A DNA stretch of 64,000 bases, taken from positions 1,312,001 through 1,376,000 of the forward strand of contig JBMNFY010000017.1 of assembly GCA_050949565.1 (NCBI GenBank), given 5' to 3'. Position 1 is the first letter of the stretch, and each line of letters opens with the position of its first letter. A model generated the notes under the pieces. It saw nothing but the letters and a program-made list of their open reading frames with translations, did no database searches and had not been told where the DNA came from. Positions 8,717-18,714 of the stretch are shown here, piece by piece. A program made the position numbers and the translations under genes. This stretch comes from Kiritimatiellia bacterium. GTDB taxonomy: Bacteria; Verrucomicrobiota; Kiritimatiellia; RFP12; UBA1067.

Positions 8717-11700
8717 GTGAAAAAGACGCCATTTGTTTTTTATTGGGGGATCCTGTGCGTTTTTGGGGGAATGGCTTTGGCAGCGACGCCCGAGGGCTGG
8801 GAGACGCGGCTGGATGTCGCAGAGCGTAGCGCCTTGGCGGCCATGAACCTCAAACCGGAACGCGGTGCGCTGCGCGTGCATGTGTGCAATCCGGCTGACA
8901 ATAGCCGGGTCGAGATATCGTTGCGTAGCGGCGAGACCGCATACCGGCTGACGCCCAAGGACATGATCCCAGGCGGTAAGAGTGGTCGCATCACCACCTG
9001 GCCGTGTCCGACGCTGGGCACCAACCTCTGTTGGTTCACCTTGAGGCGCATTGAGGACGCCTGGTACGCCTATGTCGACCAGCAGCCGGTGTTGCGCATG
9101 CCGGAACTCTGGCCGGGCATGTTGGAACTGCAACACGCGCCCGAGAACCAGCCCCCCGAAGCGGAGCTTGACGATTACACGCAACGGCTCGGCTCCTTCG
9201 CCTTCGAGGACAACTTCCTTGTGCCGGCCGGTTCCGAGTTCCCGCCGACGTGGGAAATCATGGGCGGCATCTGGAAGCTGCACTCGGTCACCGGTTCGAT
9301 CAGCGGTTCGTCTGGCGGCTATCAACTCGCGCGTCAGCCGAAGCCCGAGAAGAGCCCGAACTTCTATACGCTGGAAGGCGGCGGCACCAACGCTGTGGTA
9401 CTGGCGGGCGAACCGTTCTACTGCCGCTATGTCTACCGAGCCGCAGTGCAGCATAACGTCGGTACCAACGGCATCGTCTTTCTAGCCGGTGAGTTCGGCG
9501 GATTTCTGGCTTTCACGGCGCGGACCGATCCCGCCACCGACCGCCTGATCCTCGAACTGTGGCAACAGCCAGCCGCAGCCGATGCGCCGGCTGTAGCGCT
9601 GGAGGCCGTCCAGACCGAACTCCCCGCCGGACAGTGGTTGCTGCTCGAAGTGCAGGTGATGGATGACCGCGTGATCTGCCGCGCCGACAATATCGACGTC
9701 ATCCGCCGCAAAATGGCGCTGCCGCCGGGCGGTCGCTTCGGGCTCTTCGCCAACATGCCGGACGGCGAAACCACGCGTTTCGACGACGTGGCGGCCTGGT
9801 CGCATGAGGAACAACGCTTCGATTCGCCCGAGGACGTGACGTTCGCCACGCGCTACCAGACCCCCGGCGTGCAGTCGCTCCTGCGCCACACCACCACCTG
9901 GCTCTACATGCCGTCCGCCAACGGTGCCACGAACACCTGGACCTACGGCAAGCCCACCGGCGGACCGCTGCGCCAAGAGACGCTTTTCGTCGCCACTTCC
10001 GATGACTTTATCTGCGGCCTGACTGCCGGCGACGGCGAAGGCGGCACTCCGCTCTACCGCCTGACCTGCGTCCAAGCCGACGGCGCACGCACCTTCTCGC
10101 TCGAAGCCGTCACCCCGACCAACACCGTGCTGCTCGACAGCCACACCACCACCTTCGTCAGCAACCGCGTGGTGCTTGCGCTGGACGCGCTGCGTCCACA
10201 CAAGCTGCGCGGCTATGCGGATGGACGCCTCGTCTGCTTCGACCGCCCTGCCCAACAGCCCGGCGGCGTGCAGGGTGTCTTCGCCAGCGCAAAATCAGAC
10301 CTCTTCTTCACGGCGCCGCAGGTCTCCTCGAAGGACACCCGCATGAGCGAGCGCTTCGAAAAGAACCCGCTGTACGTCAACGATCCTTTCATGCGCCACT
10401 GGGCCTCGCCCGAAGGCCAGTGGATCACCTTCAAAGACGGCATGACGTGGTTCAAAGGCGATCTCACCGGACCAGTCAAGATCCGCCTGCCCATAGTCAA
10501 CGGCATGGAACTGCATCTCGGCATCCGCGAAGACTCCTCGAACGGTACCTGCCGCGTGAGTGTTAAAGACGACCTCATCAGCGTCTTCACCCCGGAAAGC
10601 GGTACCAACGCCGCATTTACCGTGACGGCCGAGCAAGTGCCGGAGATCGCCTTTGATAAAAATAAGATACGTCTCTTTACGCTGGGCATTGAGGACTACC
10701 TTGTCTGGTTGGGTGGCGACGATATCCTGCTCGCCCGCACCCACCTCACCACGCCGCTCTCAGGACGCAAGATGCGCATCGCCGGCATGACGCTTGAGAA
10801 CCTCAGCCACACGCTGGTGAAGCGCGACAACGTCTTCGACACGCTCTTCACCGAATCGCTCTTCAACTGGACGCTGAACGGCGGCCGTTGGGAGGTCATC
10901 AACCGCTTTTATTGCGAGCCGACCTGGTCGCACATGAACGGCGAAAGCGCCGACTCCCTAGCCGCGCTTTGGTCCAAATATGTCTTCAGCGGCGACTTCA
11001 GCATCGAGTTCTACGCCGGCATGCGCATGGGCTGGTATGCGCGCCCCGGCGACCTCAACCTGACCGTCATGAGTCGCGAAAACTCCACCAGCGACGGTTA
11101 CACAGCAATCGCCACGGGATGGGACCCCGACCATTCGCAACTCTATTCGCGCCTGCTGCGCAATGGCGAGGCGATGGCCATCTCCACCAAGTACCTCGTG
11201 CCGCGTTCACGCGCCGGTCTGGCGCGGCAAGGCTACCAGCCGTTGGTCGCCGCCGGCCGTGACATCCACGGCGCCTGGTACGGCATGCAACTCCGCCGCA
11301 TCGGCAAGAACCTGCAATACATCTACGACAACGAAGAGGTCTTCAACGTCGATGATCCCGAGCCGCTGCAGGAAGGCTCGCTCGGCATCTGGACCTACCG
11401 CAACTCGATGATGGTCGCGCGCATCAAGATCGCCGCCGAGTCGATCCGCCCGCGTCCCTTTGCCTTCTACACGATCCCCGCCGGCCAGCCACCCGCACCG
11501 GAACCGCCGCCGCCCGCCGACTCCGGTGTGCGCGTCAACGGCCGCGTGGTCCAACCGCTCGCTCCGGACTTCTGGCAGGCGTTCGACACCGTGAGCCACC
11601 CCAGCGTGCGCTTCCGCAACCTCGACACCGCCCAGCCCGAAATGCATGTGACCTCGATCCTCGGCGGCGGCACTTTCCTGGTGCGGTGTGACCTGCCCCC

Positions 11701-14464
11701 GGCCCAGCCCGACAAGCTGCTGGGCTGGCGTTTCGAAATCGCGCGCCACCCGCAGGCCCTGGTCAACTTCGAGTTCTCGACCGTCAAACCCGACGGCAAG
11801 GGCGGCTTCACCACGGTTCAAGAGTGGACCTATGTGCTTTCGGGGACCGACGAGACGCGCGGCCCGCGCCAGATCATCGGCAAGCTCGACGAACTGCCTC
11901 CGTCGGAGGGCACCAACCTTGTCTGGACACCGGTCGAGATCTGGGTCCCCTCCGAAGTCATCCGCGCCAATCAGGCGGTGCAACTCGAAGGCTTCGGCAA
12001 CCTCCAGCCCAGCGACGTGCAGATGGGCCTCAAGGGCAATCCGCCCCATGCGTGGTACGCCGTGCGCGCCTTCCGCGAAATCCACCGCGGCACACCGGAA
12101 CTCTCGGCCCCGCCCGAAAAGCGTAACGAAATCGCCGCGCTCGCAAAGATCGTCAACGGCCTGCGCCCCGGCGAGTTGCAGATGGTGGAGGTGCCCGCCG
12201 CGCTCGATCCCCGCAAGCCTGTGATCGAATGGGCGGTGCCGGAACTGGCGAACTTCGGCCTGCGCGCCGAAGCCGACTCCGCCATCCCCGGCTCGATTCT
12301 GGTCACGCCGGTTCACCCCTGGCCCTCACCCATGCTACCGCCCAAACGCGCTCTGGCCGACGCCCAGCCCGCCCCCTTCGCGGCTGAAGGCAACTGTATC
12401 CGCGTGCTCGTGCCATTCGAAACGCTCCAGCCCAACCGCATGACGCTGGCGCTCGAACTCTCCGACGGCCGCATCTTCCGACAGGTCGTGCCAATGCGCA
12501 CCACTGAAGGACTCAACCATCCGCCGGTCCTGCTGAGTCTCACCCTGCCCGAGGGCGGCATCGAGACCTTCGAGGCGCGCCCCGGCGACGCCACGCCCTA
12601 CCAGACCAGGGCCATCGCCTCAATCGACAACACCGACCCCCAGCGCGGCGGTGTGCTCAAGTTCCAGAACGCCGGTGTCTACGGTCGCCGATTGGACGGC
12701 CTGCTGGTCAAGTCATTCAATCCGGTCGCCACGCCCCTCATCCAGTTCCGCTACAAAGGCGACCCCATGGCGATCGTCTCGCTGGCCTTGGGATCATCCG
12801 CCTTCACCTTCTCCGAAGTCTACAACACCCACGTGCGCTTCGGCGGCGGCGCGGCGGCGCCCATGGACAACACCTGGCGCGTGTGGACCGGCATCCCGAC
12901 CGACAGCGGCGGCCGGCTTCCGCTCGCGGAGCGTACCAAGGTACCGCCCGCGCCCCTGCGCTTCGCTTCGCGCAAAGACCGCGACCAGACCGGCCTGCAC
13001 AGCACGCTCTACATCGACGACATCGCCTGCGGCCCGGCCGTCGGCCCCAACCGCCCCTTCGCCTTCAAGGCCGACTACGCCGATCCCGACACCGTCGCTG
13101 AAGTCGTCTACGCAATCGCGCAGGGCCCCGTCGCCTTTGACAACCGCCCCGAAGCGGAGCGCGCCGCCGTCACTTGGCTACCCGCCAAAAACGGCGCGGT
13201 GATCGAACCCGACATCTCCAAAATCCCCGATGGCATCCACCACCTGCTGGTGCGTGCGCGCGACGGAAAATCACTCTGGTCGCACCCCGCTGACCTGCCC
13301 TTCATGCTCGACCGCGCGCAACCGCAGGTCACGCATGCGATCAACGCCGTCGACAAATACAACGGCAGCAGCCTCACGCTCTCGCTGACCGACCCCGTCT
13401 CGCCGCCGGTGCCCAACACCATCCGCCTGACCTGCCTGGGAACGCCGCTTGATATCGCCACCGACAACGGTTTCTGCGCCATCGGGCACGGCACGCTTTC
13501 CTATGAATTTGACTGGATCTGGCTGCTGCGCAAGCAACTCGCTAGCGCCAAGCACGGCGACGTCTTGCCGATCACCGTCGACGGCATCACCGACGCCGCC
13601 GGTAACGGCGCGCCGCCGCTGCGCATCGACATCAAGCTGGACTTGGAATCCGACAAGCGCCCGCCCACCGTGTTCCCCGCGCCGCCCACCAAAAACATCC
13701 TCTGGATGCAGCCGACACTCACCGCGCTGGAGCCCCTCTTCCCGGCTAACCGCAACCTCACCGCTGCTACCGTGGCCACGCCGGACGGCCATGTGCTCGA
13801 AATCGCGCCCAACGGCGAAAGAAACTCCTTTATCCAACACGCCTTCTCTCCGGCCTGGGATCCGGACAAACACCCGTGGATCGCTGTGTCGTTCCGGATG
13901 CTCGACATCCCGGAGGGGCTGCGCCCCTTCACGCTCTCCTTCAACACCGGCCCACGCCGTCCGCGCGGCATCAAAGACGCCCATACACTCGACCTGACCA
14001 ACACCAATCATCTCACCTACGTGATCGGTGCGACGTCTTGCACCACCGGCGTCTGGCACGATATCCTGATCAACGCGCGCGACTTCCTGCGCGACGAGAC
14101 CGAAGAACACAAAGACACGCCGGACCTGACCTACCTTTCGCTCTTCTTCCCGCCCCGTGCCAAAGGCGGCAAGATTCAGATCCGCTCGTTCGCCATTCTG
14201 GCTCCTTGGACCTCGGACCACCTGATCCCGCTTAAGGCCTACGACCTGAGCAGTGTCAAGGGGCTCGTCTGGCAAGGCGGCGAAGCCGAGCAGACCGGCA
14301 TTCGCCCCGCTAATCTCGAACGCCCCCAAAACGATCCTCACTGGTTCCGCTTCCGGATCAGCGACCGGCGCGGCAATCTTACCGATACTTGGATGATCCC
14401 GATTCCACCGGGCTCCGAAAACACCAAACCCACACTCGCCGGTCTCGAACCGGTCAGTTATTAG
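8717..14464 (+). CDS. Very large secreted hypothetical protein (1915 aa), probably repeated ConA/DUF1080-like and Ig/CBM-like beta-sandwich domains
   Basis: Long ORF with strong GC3 bias and signal peptide; segments such as FSGDFSIEFY, LQEGSLGIWT, GGRFGLF, PDGIHHLLVRARD. Confidence 0.8.
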   Translation: MKKTPFVFYWGILCVFGGMALAATPEGWETRLDVAERSALAAMNLKPERGALRVHVCNPADNSRVEISLRSGETAYRLTPKDMIPGGKSGRITTWPCPTLGTNLCWFTLRRIEDAWYAYVDQQPVLRMPELWPGMLELQHAPENQPPEAELDDYTQRLGSFAFEDNFLVPAGSEFPPTWEIMGGIWKLHSVTGSISGSSGGYQLARQPKPEKSPNFYTLEGGGTNAVVLAGEPFYCRYVYRAAVQHNVGTNGIVFLAGEFGGFLAFTARTDPATDRLILELWQQPAAADAPAVALEAVQTELPAGQWLLLEVQVMDDRVICRADNIDVIRRKMALPPGGRFGLFANMPDGETTRFDDVAAWSHEEQRFDSPEDVTFATRYQTPGVQSLLRHTTTWLYMPSANGATNTWTYGKPTGGPLRQETLFVATSDDFICGLTAGDGEGGTPLYRLTCVQADGARTFSLEAVTPTNTVLLDSHTTTFVSNRVVLALDALRPHKLRGYADGRLVCFDRPAQQPGGVQGVFASAKSDLFFTAPQVSSKDTRMSERFEKNPLYVNDPFMRHWASPEGQWITFKDGMTWFKGDLTGPVKIRLPIVNGMELHLGIREDSSNGTCRVSVKDDLISVFTPESGTNAAFTVTAEQVPEIAFDKNKIRLFTLGIEDYLVWLGGDDILLARTHLTTPLSGRKMRIAGMTLENLSHTLVKRDNVFDTLFTESLFNWTLNGGRWEVINRFYCEPTWSHMNGESADSLAALWSKYVFSGDFSIEFYAGMRMGWYARPGDLNLTVMSRENSTSDGYTAIATGWDPDHSQLYSRLLRNGEAMAISTKYLVPRSRAGLARQGYQPLVAAGRDIHGAWYGMQLRRIGKNLQYIYDNEEVFNVDDPEPLQEGSLGIWTYRNSMMVARIKIAAESIRPRPFAFYTIPAGQPPAPEPPPPADSGVRVNGRVVQPLAPDFWQAFDTVSHPSVRFRNLDTAQPEMHVTSILGGGTFLVRCDLPPAQPDKLLGWRFEIARHPQALVNFEFSTVKPDGKGGFTTVQEWTYVLSGTDETRGPRQIIGKLDELPPSEGTNLVWTPVEIWVPSEVIRANQAVQLEGFGNLQPSDVQMGLKGNPPHAWYAVRAFREIHRGTPELSAPPEKRNEIAALAKIVNGLRPGELQMVEVPAALDPRKPVIEWAVPELANFGLRAEADSAIPGSILVTPVHPWPSPMLPPKRALADAQPAPFAAEGNCIRVLVPFETLQPNRMTLALELSDGRIFRQVVPMRTTEGLNHPPVLLSLTLPEGGIETFEARPGDATPYQTRAIASIDNTDPQRGGVLKFQNAGVYGRRLDGLLVKSFNPVATPLIQFRYKGDPMAIVSLALGSSAFTFSEVYNTHVRFGGGAAAPMDNTWRVWTGIPTDSGGRLPLAERTKVPPAPLRFASRKDRDQTGLHSTLYIDDIACGPAVGPNRPFAFKADYADPDTVAEVVYAIAQGPVAFDNRPEAERAAVTWLPAKNGAVIEPDISKIPDGIHHLLVRARDGKSLWSHPADLPFMLDRAQPQVTHAINAVDKYNGSSLTLSLTDPVSPPVPNTIRLTCLGTPLDIATDNGFCAIGHGTLSYEFDWIWLLRKQLASAKHGDVLPITVDGITDAAGNGAPPLRIDIKLDLESDKRPPTVFPAPPTKNILWMQPTLTALEPLFPANRNLTAATVATPDGHVLEIAPNGERNSFIQHAFSPAWDPDKHPWIAVSFRMLDIPEGLRPFTLSFNTGPRRPRGIKDAHTLDLTNTNHLTYVIGATSCTTGVWHDILINARDFLRDETEEHKDTPDLTYLSLFFPPRAKGGKIQIRSFAILAPWTSDHLIPLKAYDLSSVKGLVWQGGEAEQTGIRPANLERPQNDPHWFRFRISDRRGNLTDTWMIPIPPGSENTKPTLAGLEPVSY

Positions 14465-14504
14465 TTGTTAGTTATTCACTGTTAACTCTTAGTTATTAAC
14501 TCCT

Positions 14505-14972
14505 ATGACACGCATCATCATTCCCCAATTCGATGTCAACCTCGTCGATGTCACCGTCACCCACTGGCGCAAACAGCCGGGCGAACGTGTGGAAACCGGC
14601 GAGTGCCTGGCTGAACTCACGACCGACAAGGCCGTCTATGAACTCGAGTCCCCCGCCGCCGGCACTCTGCTCGCCGTCTACGCGACCGAGAAGAGCGTCG
14701 TGCCCACCGGCTTCATTGTCGGCCTGATCGGCGAGCCCGGCGAGGAAGACCCCGCAATCGCCGCCGACAACGAGGCTCTGATGACCGCCTACCGCGGTCC
14801 CGCCGCCGCACCGACCCCGGTGCGCGACCGTCCGGCGCGCGTACGCGCCACGCCGCGCGTGCGCCGCATCGCGCAGGAGAAGGGACTCGACCTCGCCGAG
14901 ATCCAAGCCGCGACCGGCGCCGAGATCATCGACGAAACCGTTCTTGAAACCTACCTCGCCTCCCGCTCATAA
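14505..14972 (+). CDS. Stand-alone lipoyl-domain plus peripheral-subunit-binding-domain protein
   Basis: ELTTDKAVYELESPAAGTL (lipoyl-lysine DKA) and RVRATPRVRRIAQEKGLDLAEI; no acyltransferase core. Confidence 0.85.
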   Translation: MTRIIIPQFDVNLVDVTVTHWRKQPGERVETGECLAELTTDKAVYELESPAAGTLLAVYATEKSVVPTGFIVGLIGEPGEEDPAIAADNEALMTAYRGPAAAPTPVRDRPARVRATPRVRRIAQEKGLDLAEIQAATGAEIIDETVLETYLASRS

Positions 14973-14976
14973 CACC

Positions 14977-15714
14977 ATGCGCACCGCTCTCGTCACAGGT
15001 TCCGGCAAAGGCATCGGACGCGCCATCGCCCTCGCGCTGGCGCGCGACGGCTTCCGCGTGGCCGTCCACTACCGCTCATCGCAAGCCGACGCGCAGGCCA
15101 CCGTCGCCGCCATCCGCGCGGACGGCGGCGAGGCCGAACTGTTCGCGGCTGATCTGGCGGATGCGGCGCAGGCCGCAGAACTTGCCAAGGCGGTTGAGCT
15201 GCAATGCGGCCCGATTCACACGCTGGTTTGCAATGCGGGGATCATCAAAAGCCAGTTGCTGGCGTTCACGACCTATGAAGAGTGGCGTGAGGTCATGGCC
15301 GCCAACCTCGATGCCGCCTTCCTGCTCACCAAGGCAGTCGCGCGTCCGATGGCACGCCGCAAGGCCGGGCGCATCATCTACATCTCCTCCGCCGCCGGCC
15401 TGATGGGCGACCTGATGCGCGCCGCCTACAGCGCCTCCAAGGCCGGCCTGCTCGGGCTCGCCAAAACCGCCGCGCGCGAACTGGCCGCTTCCAACGTCAC
15501 AGTCAACGCCGTCGCGCCCGGCATCATCACCACCGACATGACCGCCGACATCCCAGAAACCCGCCGCGTCAAACAGCTTGATGCCATCCCGCTCGCCCGC
15601 TTCGGCACACCCGAAGAGGTCGCCGGCTGCGTCAGCTTCCTGGCTTCCGACGCCGCAGGCTGGATCACCGGCCAAACCCTCTGCGTCGACGGCGGTCTTT
15701 ACATGAAAGGTTGA
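14977..15714 (+). CDS. fabG: 3-oxoacyl-ACP reductase-like short-chain dehydrogenase
   Basis: TGSGKGIG, NAG, YSASKAG, VNAVAPGIITTDMT, GQTLCVDGG. Confidence 0.85.
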   Translation: MRTALVTGSGKGIGRAIALALARDGFRVAVHYRSSQADAQATVAAIRADGGEAELFAADLADAAQAAELAKAVELQCGPIHTLVCNAGIIKSQLLAFTTYEEWREVMAANLDAAFLLTKAVARPMARRKAGRIIYISSAAGLMGDLMRAAYSASKAGLLGLAKTAARELAASNVTVNAVAPGIITTDMTADIPETRRVKQLDAIPLARFGTPEEVAGCVSFLASDAAGWITGQTLCVDGGLYMKG

Positions 15715-15717
15715 GCG

Positions 15718-15960
15718 TTTTTTCTCACACAAAGGCACGAAGAATTTGGGATTTGAGATTTGCGCTGCTCGGATTTTTTATCCACAGATGGGCACAGATT
15801 ACGCAGATTTTTGGGGGATGGCACTGCTCGGGTTTTGGGGACCGCCAAGGTGCCAAGAACGCCAAGACGCGCCCTTGATTTTTCATGAAGTTTCATGTGT
15901 TTCATGGTTCCAATTGAAAGTTAAGCGTTGGGCGTTCAGCGTTCAGCGTTCGGCGTTTTT
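15718..15960. repeat. Composite array of short tandem-repeat modules with two GCRCTGCTCGG junctions
   Basis: Modules CACAAAGG/CACGAAG, GATTTGG/GATTTGA, CACAGAT x3, GCCAAG x3, TTCATG x3, GCGTTCA-type x4; junctions at 15762 and 15821. Confidence 0.85.
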
Positions 15961-16045
15961 TCTCTTTGTCCTTGCATCCTCCCGCCCCCCGGTCTTACCA
16001 TTCTCATGTACTCTTCCCCGATATTGTTTCGTCGAAAGGACGATC

Positions 16046-17206
16046 ATGAACCCCACCGCATCACGCCTCACACGCTCGCCCCGCTTCCCGCGCCTCTGCA
16101 CTTTGGCGCTTGTGTGCCTCGTGCTGCTCCTTCCTCTCGTCCTGCCCGCCGCCACCGAAGGCCCCTACACTTATACCGTCACCAACGGCCAAGCCACCAT
16201 CACCGGCTTCGATTCCTCCTGCTCCGGAGCCTTGTCCATCACCAACGAACTCGGCGGTTGTCCAGTTACCACCATCGGCGACAGAGCCTTCTACAAGCGC
16301 ACCAACCTCACCTCGGTCAGCGTCCCTGACGATGTTACATCCATCGGCATCGCCACCTTTTACGGGTGCTCGTCTCTCGCTTCCATCACCATCCCCGGCA
16401 GCATCACCAACATTGGAGACTATGCTTTCGGCGGCTGTTCAGCCCTTACATCCATTACCGTTTCAGAAAACAATCTTAATTACGCCAGCAACAACGGTAT
16501 CCTTTTCAACAAAACCCTCTCGACACTGATTACGTGTCCCAGAGGAGTCTCCGGGCATGTCACGATCCCCGACGGCGTCACGTCCATTGGCGACTTCGCC
16601 TTCTTCGGATGCCCCGCACTCACTTCCGTCACCATCCCTAACAGTGTCACATCTATCGAAGACTACGCTTTCGGCGATTGCACCGCTCTCACTTCCGTCA
16701 CCATCCCCGACAGCATCACTTATATCGGTCGGGCGGCCTTTGCCGGTTGCCCCGTACTGCACACCGTTGTTCTTGGCTCCTCGCTCGACAACATCGGCAA
16801 TTGGGCGTTCTGTGAATGTCCGTCGCTTACCAGGGTCTGCGGGCGCGGCGACGCTCCCGCTTATGGCTCGTCCATCTTCGACGAAACCCCCTCCACGATC
16901 TACCATCTTCCCGGCACAACCGGCTGGTCACATCCCCTCGCCGATCGTCCCGTCGTCTGCTGGAATCCCGCGATCAGCCCCGCGTCACCGCCGCGCTTTG
17001 ATTCCGGCGCGTTCGGTTTTACGCTCAGCGGCAACGCCGACGCCGACATTCCCGTCCGCATCGAGGCGTGCGACAGCCTCGCCAACCCGGTCTGGACACC
17101 CGTCGGCGGCGACACCACCATCCCCGCTTCCGGTACCCTCGACTTCACCGACCCCGACGCCGCCACCCATCCCTCGCGCTTCTATCGTGTGCGCTTCCCG
17201 CAATAA
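16046..17206 (+). CDS. BspA-type leucine-rich-repeat surface protein
   Basis: Repeats VTSIGDFAFFGCPALTSVTIP; N-terminal hydrophobic segment; GAAAGGA RBS before ATG 16046; C-terminal RFYRV domain. Confidence 0.92.
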   Translation: MNPTASRLTRSPRFPRLCTLALVCLVLLLPLVLPAATEGPYTYTVTNGQATITGFDSSCSGALSITNELGGCPVTTIGDRAFYKRTNLTSVSVPDDVTSIGIATFYGCSSLASITIPGSITNIGDYAFGGCSALTSITVSENNLNYASNNGILFNKTLSTLITCPRGVSGHVTIPDGVTSIGDFAFFGCPALTSVTIPNSVTSIEDYAFGDCTALTSVTIPDSITYIGRAAFAGCPVLHTVVLGSSLDNIGNWAFCECPSLTRVCGRGDAPAYGSSIFDETPSTIYHLPGTTGWSHPLADRPVVCWNPAISPASPPRFDSGAFGFTLSGNADADIPVRIEACDSLANPVWTPVGGDTTIPASGTLDFTDPDAATHPSRFYRVRFPQ

Positions 17207-17331
17207 CTTGAGCGTTGAAGTTTTTTAACGCAGAGGTTTTGTTGGGTGGCGGCATGACCGCCGCCGGGCAAGTGACACTTGCCCCCGATTTAACGTTCAA
17301 GTTATGCGGCTCGCGGGGACACCCGTCCAAG

Positions 17332-17527
17332 CTTCGCGCCTTCGCGCGAAATAACCGAGCAGTGCTTTTACTCTCACGGTTGCGAGCCACTGCGTGGTCG
17401 CAATAAGAAAGGTTGACTCGCGACCCGCGACTTACGACTTGCGGCACTGCCCAAAAAACGCTCAACACCCAACGTTCAACGCCGAAGTGAAAAAACTCCT
17501 AAATCCTAAATCTTAAATCCTAAATCC
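17332..17527. repeat. Second copy of the 3753-3876 element plus 7-mer modules
   Basis: 17332-17452 matches 3753-3876; AACGCTC-type repeats 17457-17485; AAATCCT-type x4 17501-17527. Confidence 0.85.
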
Positions 17528-17602
17528 GCATGGCGCGCACCATGCGCTTGAACCGCACCGTTCTGAGTGATAAGATCAAGTCATCAATAAAGGAAACCCG
17601 AT

Positions 17603-18286
17603 ATGAGTCGAGTCATCGCGATTGACGGCCCCTCCGGCGCGGGCAAGTCGTCTGTGTCCAGGCGCGTCGGCCAACACCTTGGTTTTTTGCATGTCGATTC
17701 CGGCGCACTCTACCGCATCATGACCTGGCAGTGCCTGCAGAACGGCATTGACACGTCCGATCCAGAAGCGGTTGCCGCCTTCGCGCAGACGGTCGAAGTC
17801 GAGTGCGAACCGCGCGACGGCGCGATCATCTATCGCGTGCAGGGGCAAGAGCCGGGCGATGCCATCCGCACACCGGAGATCAACCGCCACGCCAGCCCAG
17901 TCGCCACGGTCAAGGCTGTGCGCGACCGCATAACCGATTGGCTGCGCGGCATGACGCGCTTCGGTGACCTGATCGTGGAGGGGCGCGACATCACGACCGC
18001 CGTATTCCCGGAATCGCCGGCGCGCTTCTATCTCGTGGCCAGCGCCGAGGCGCGCGCCGAACGCCGCCGCAAAGAGGAAGTCGAGAAAGGCATCGCCAAC
18101 CAGTCGGCGGAGGAGGTTAAGCGTTCGTTGCTGGCGCGCGACGCGATCGATTCCACACGCCAGCACGCTCCGCTGCGCAAAGCCGATGGCGCGCTGGAGA
18201 TCGACAGCACTTACTTGACGCTCGACCAAGTGGTACAGACCGTGCTCGACGCACTGCCAGCCGCATGGAAGGAGGGTAACGCATGA
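17603..18286 (+). CDS. cmk: Cytidylate kinase
   Basis: IAIDGPSGAGKS, DSGALYR, VEGRDI, RDAIDSTR. Confidence 0.95.
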   Translation: MSRVIAIDGPSGAGKSSVSRRVGQHLGFLHVDSGALYRIMTWQCLQNGIDTSDPEAVAAFAQTVEVECEPRDGAIIYRVQGQEPGDAIRTPEINRHASPVATVKAVRDRITDWLRGMTRFGDLIVEGRDITTAVFPESPARFYLVASAEARAERRRKEEVEKGIANQSAEEVKRSLLARDAIDSTRQHAPLRKADGALEIDSTYLTLDQVVQTVLDALPAAWKEGNA

Positions 18287-18411
18287 CCATCGCCGGTTGG
18301 ATCACAATGATACTCTGCTGGAGTTTTGTCACCGGCTTCAGCGTGTTCCTGATTGTCCGGACACTGCGCGATCCCCGCCACTCCGACGAGCAACCCCCGC
18401 AAAACACGTGA
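18283..18411 (+). CDS. Small single-pass membrane protein (42 aa)
   Basis: MTIAGWITMILCWSFVTGFSVFLIVRTLRDPRHSDEQPPQNT; GGAGGG RBS; ATGA overlap with the cmk stop; below the ORF-track cutoff. Confidence 0.7.
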   Translation: MTIAGWITMILCWSFVTGFSVFLIVRTLRDPRHSDEQPPQNT

Positions 18412-18714
18412 TGCCGGACGCCACAGGTGCCTTATGAAGCGCACGCCCTCTTGCTGGATACGGCTGTCGGCCATTGCTATTGTTGTCGCGAGGGGCGTCC
18501 TCGTCGGCAACGCAAAAACTGTTTTCAAAGGTGATTTCGCGCCGCAGGAGGGCAAAAATCCTTGATCAGGAATGAACTGATATGGCATGGAAACCGCGAA
18601 GACCGCCGTGCGTCCTTCATGTCCAGCGTTCTTCATTGAGTGCGGCGAAGCCTCGTGTTACCATAGAACGACCATTCATCCATGTGAAGGACGTATTTAA
18701 AACGGGAGGACAAG

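Noticed and set aside
15746-16045. Long N-terminal extensions in the ORF track (LRR, aguB, AcsE-like, lipA, four-helix-bundle)
   Set aside because: They run through repeat DNA or neighbouring genes; downstream starts fit RBS position or family N-termini better.
18433-18565. Short ORF resembling a signal peptide (MKRTPSCWIRLSAIAIVV...)
   Set aside because: Possibly a gene remnant, but too short and featureless to support.
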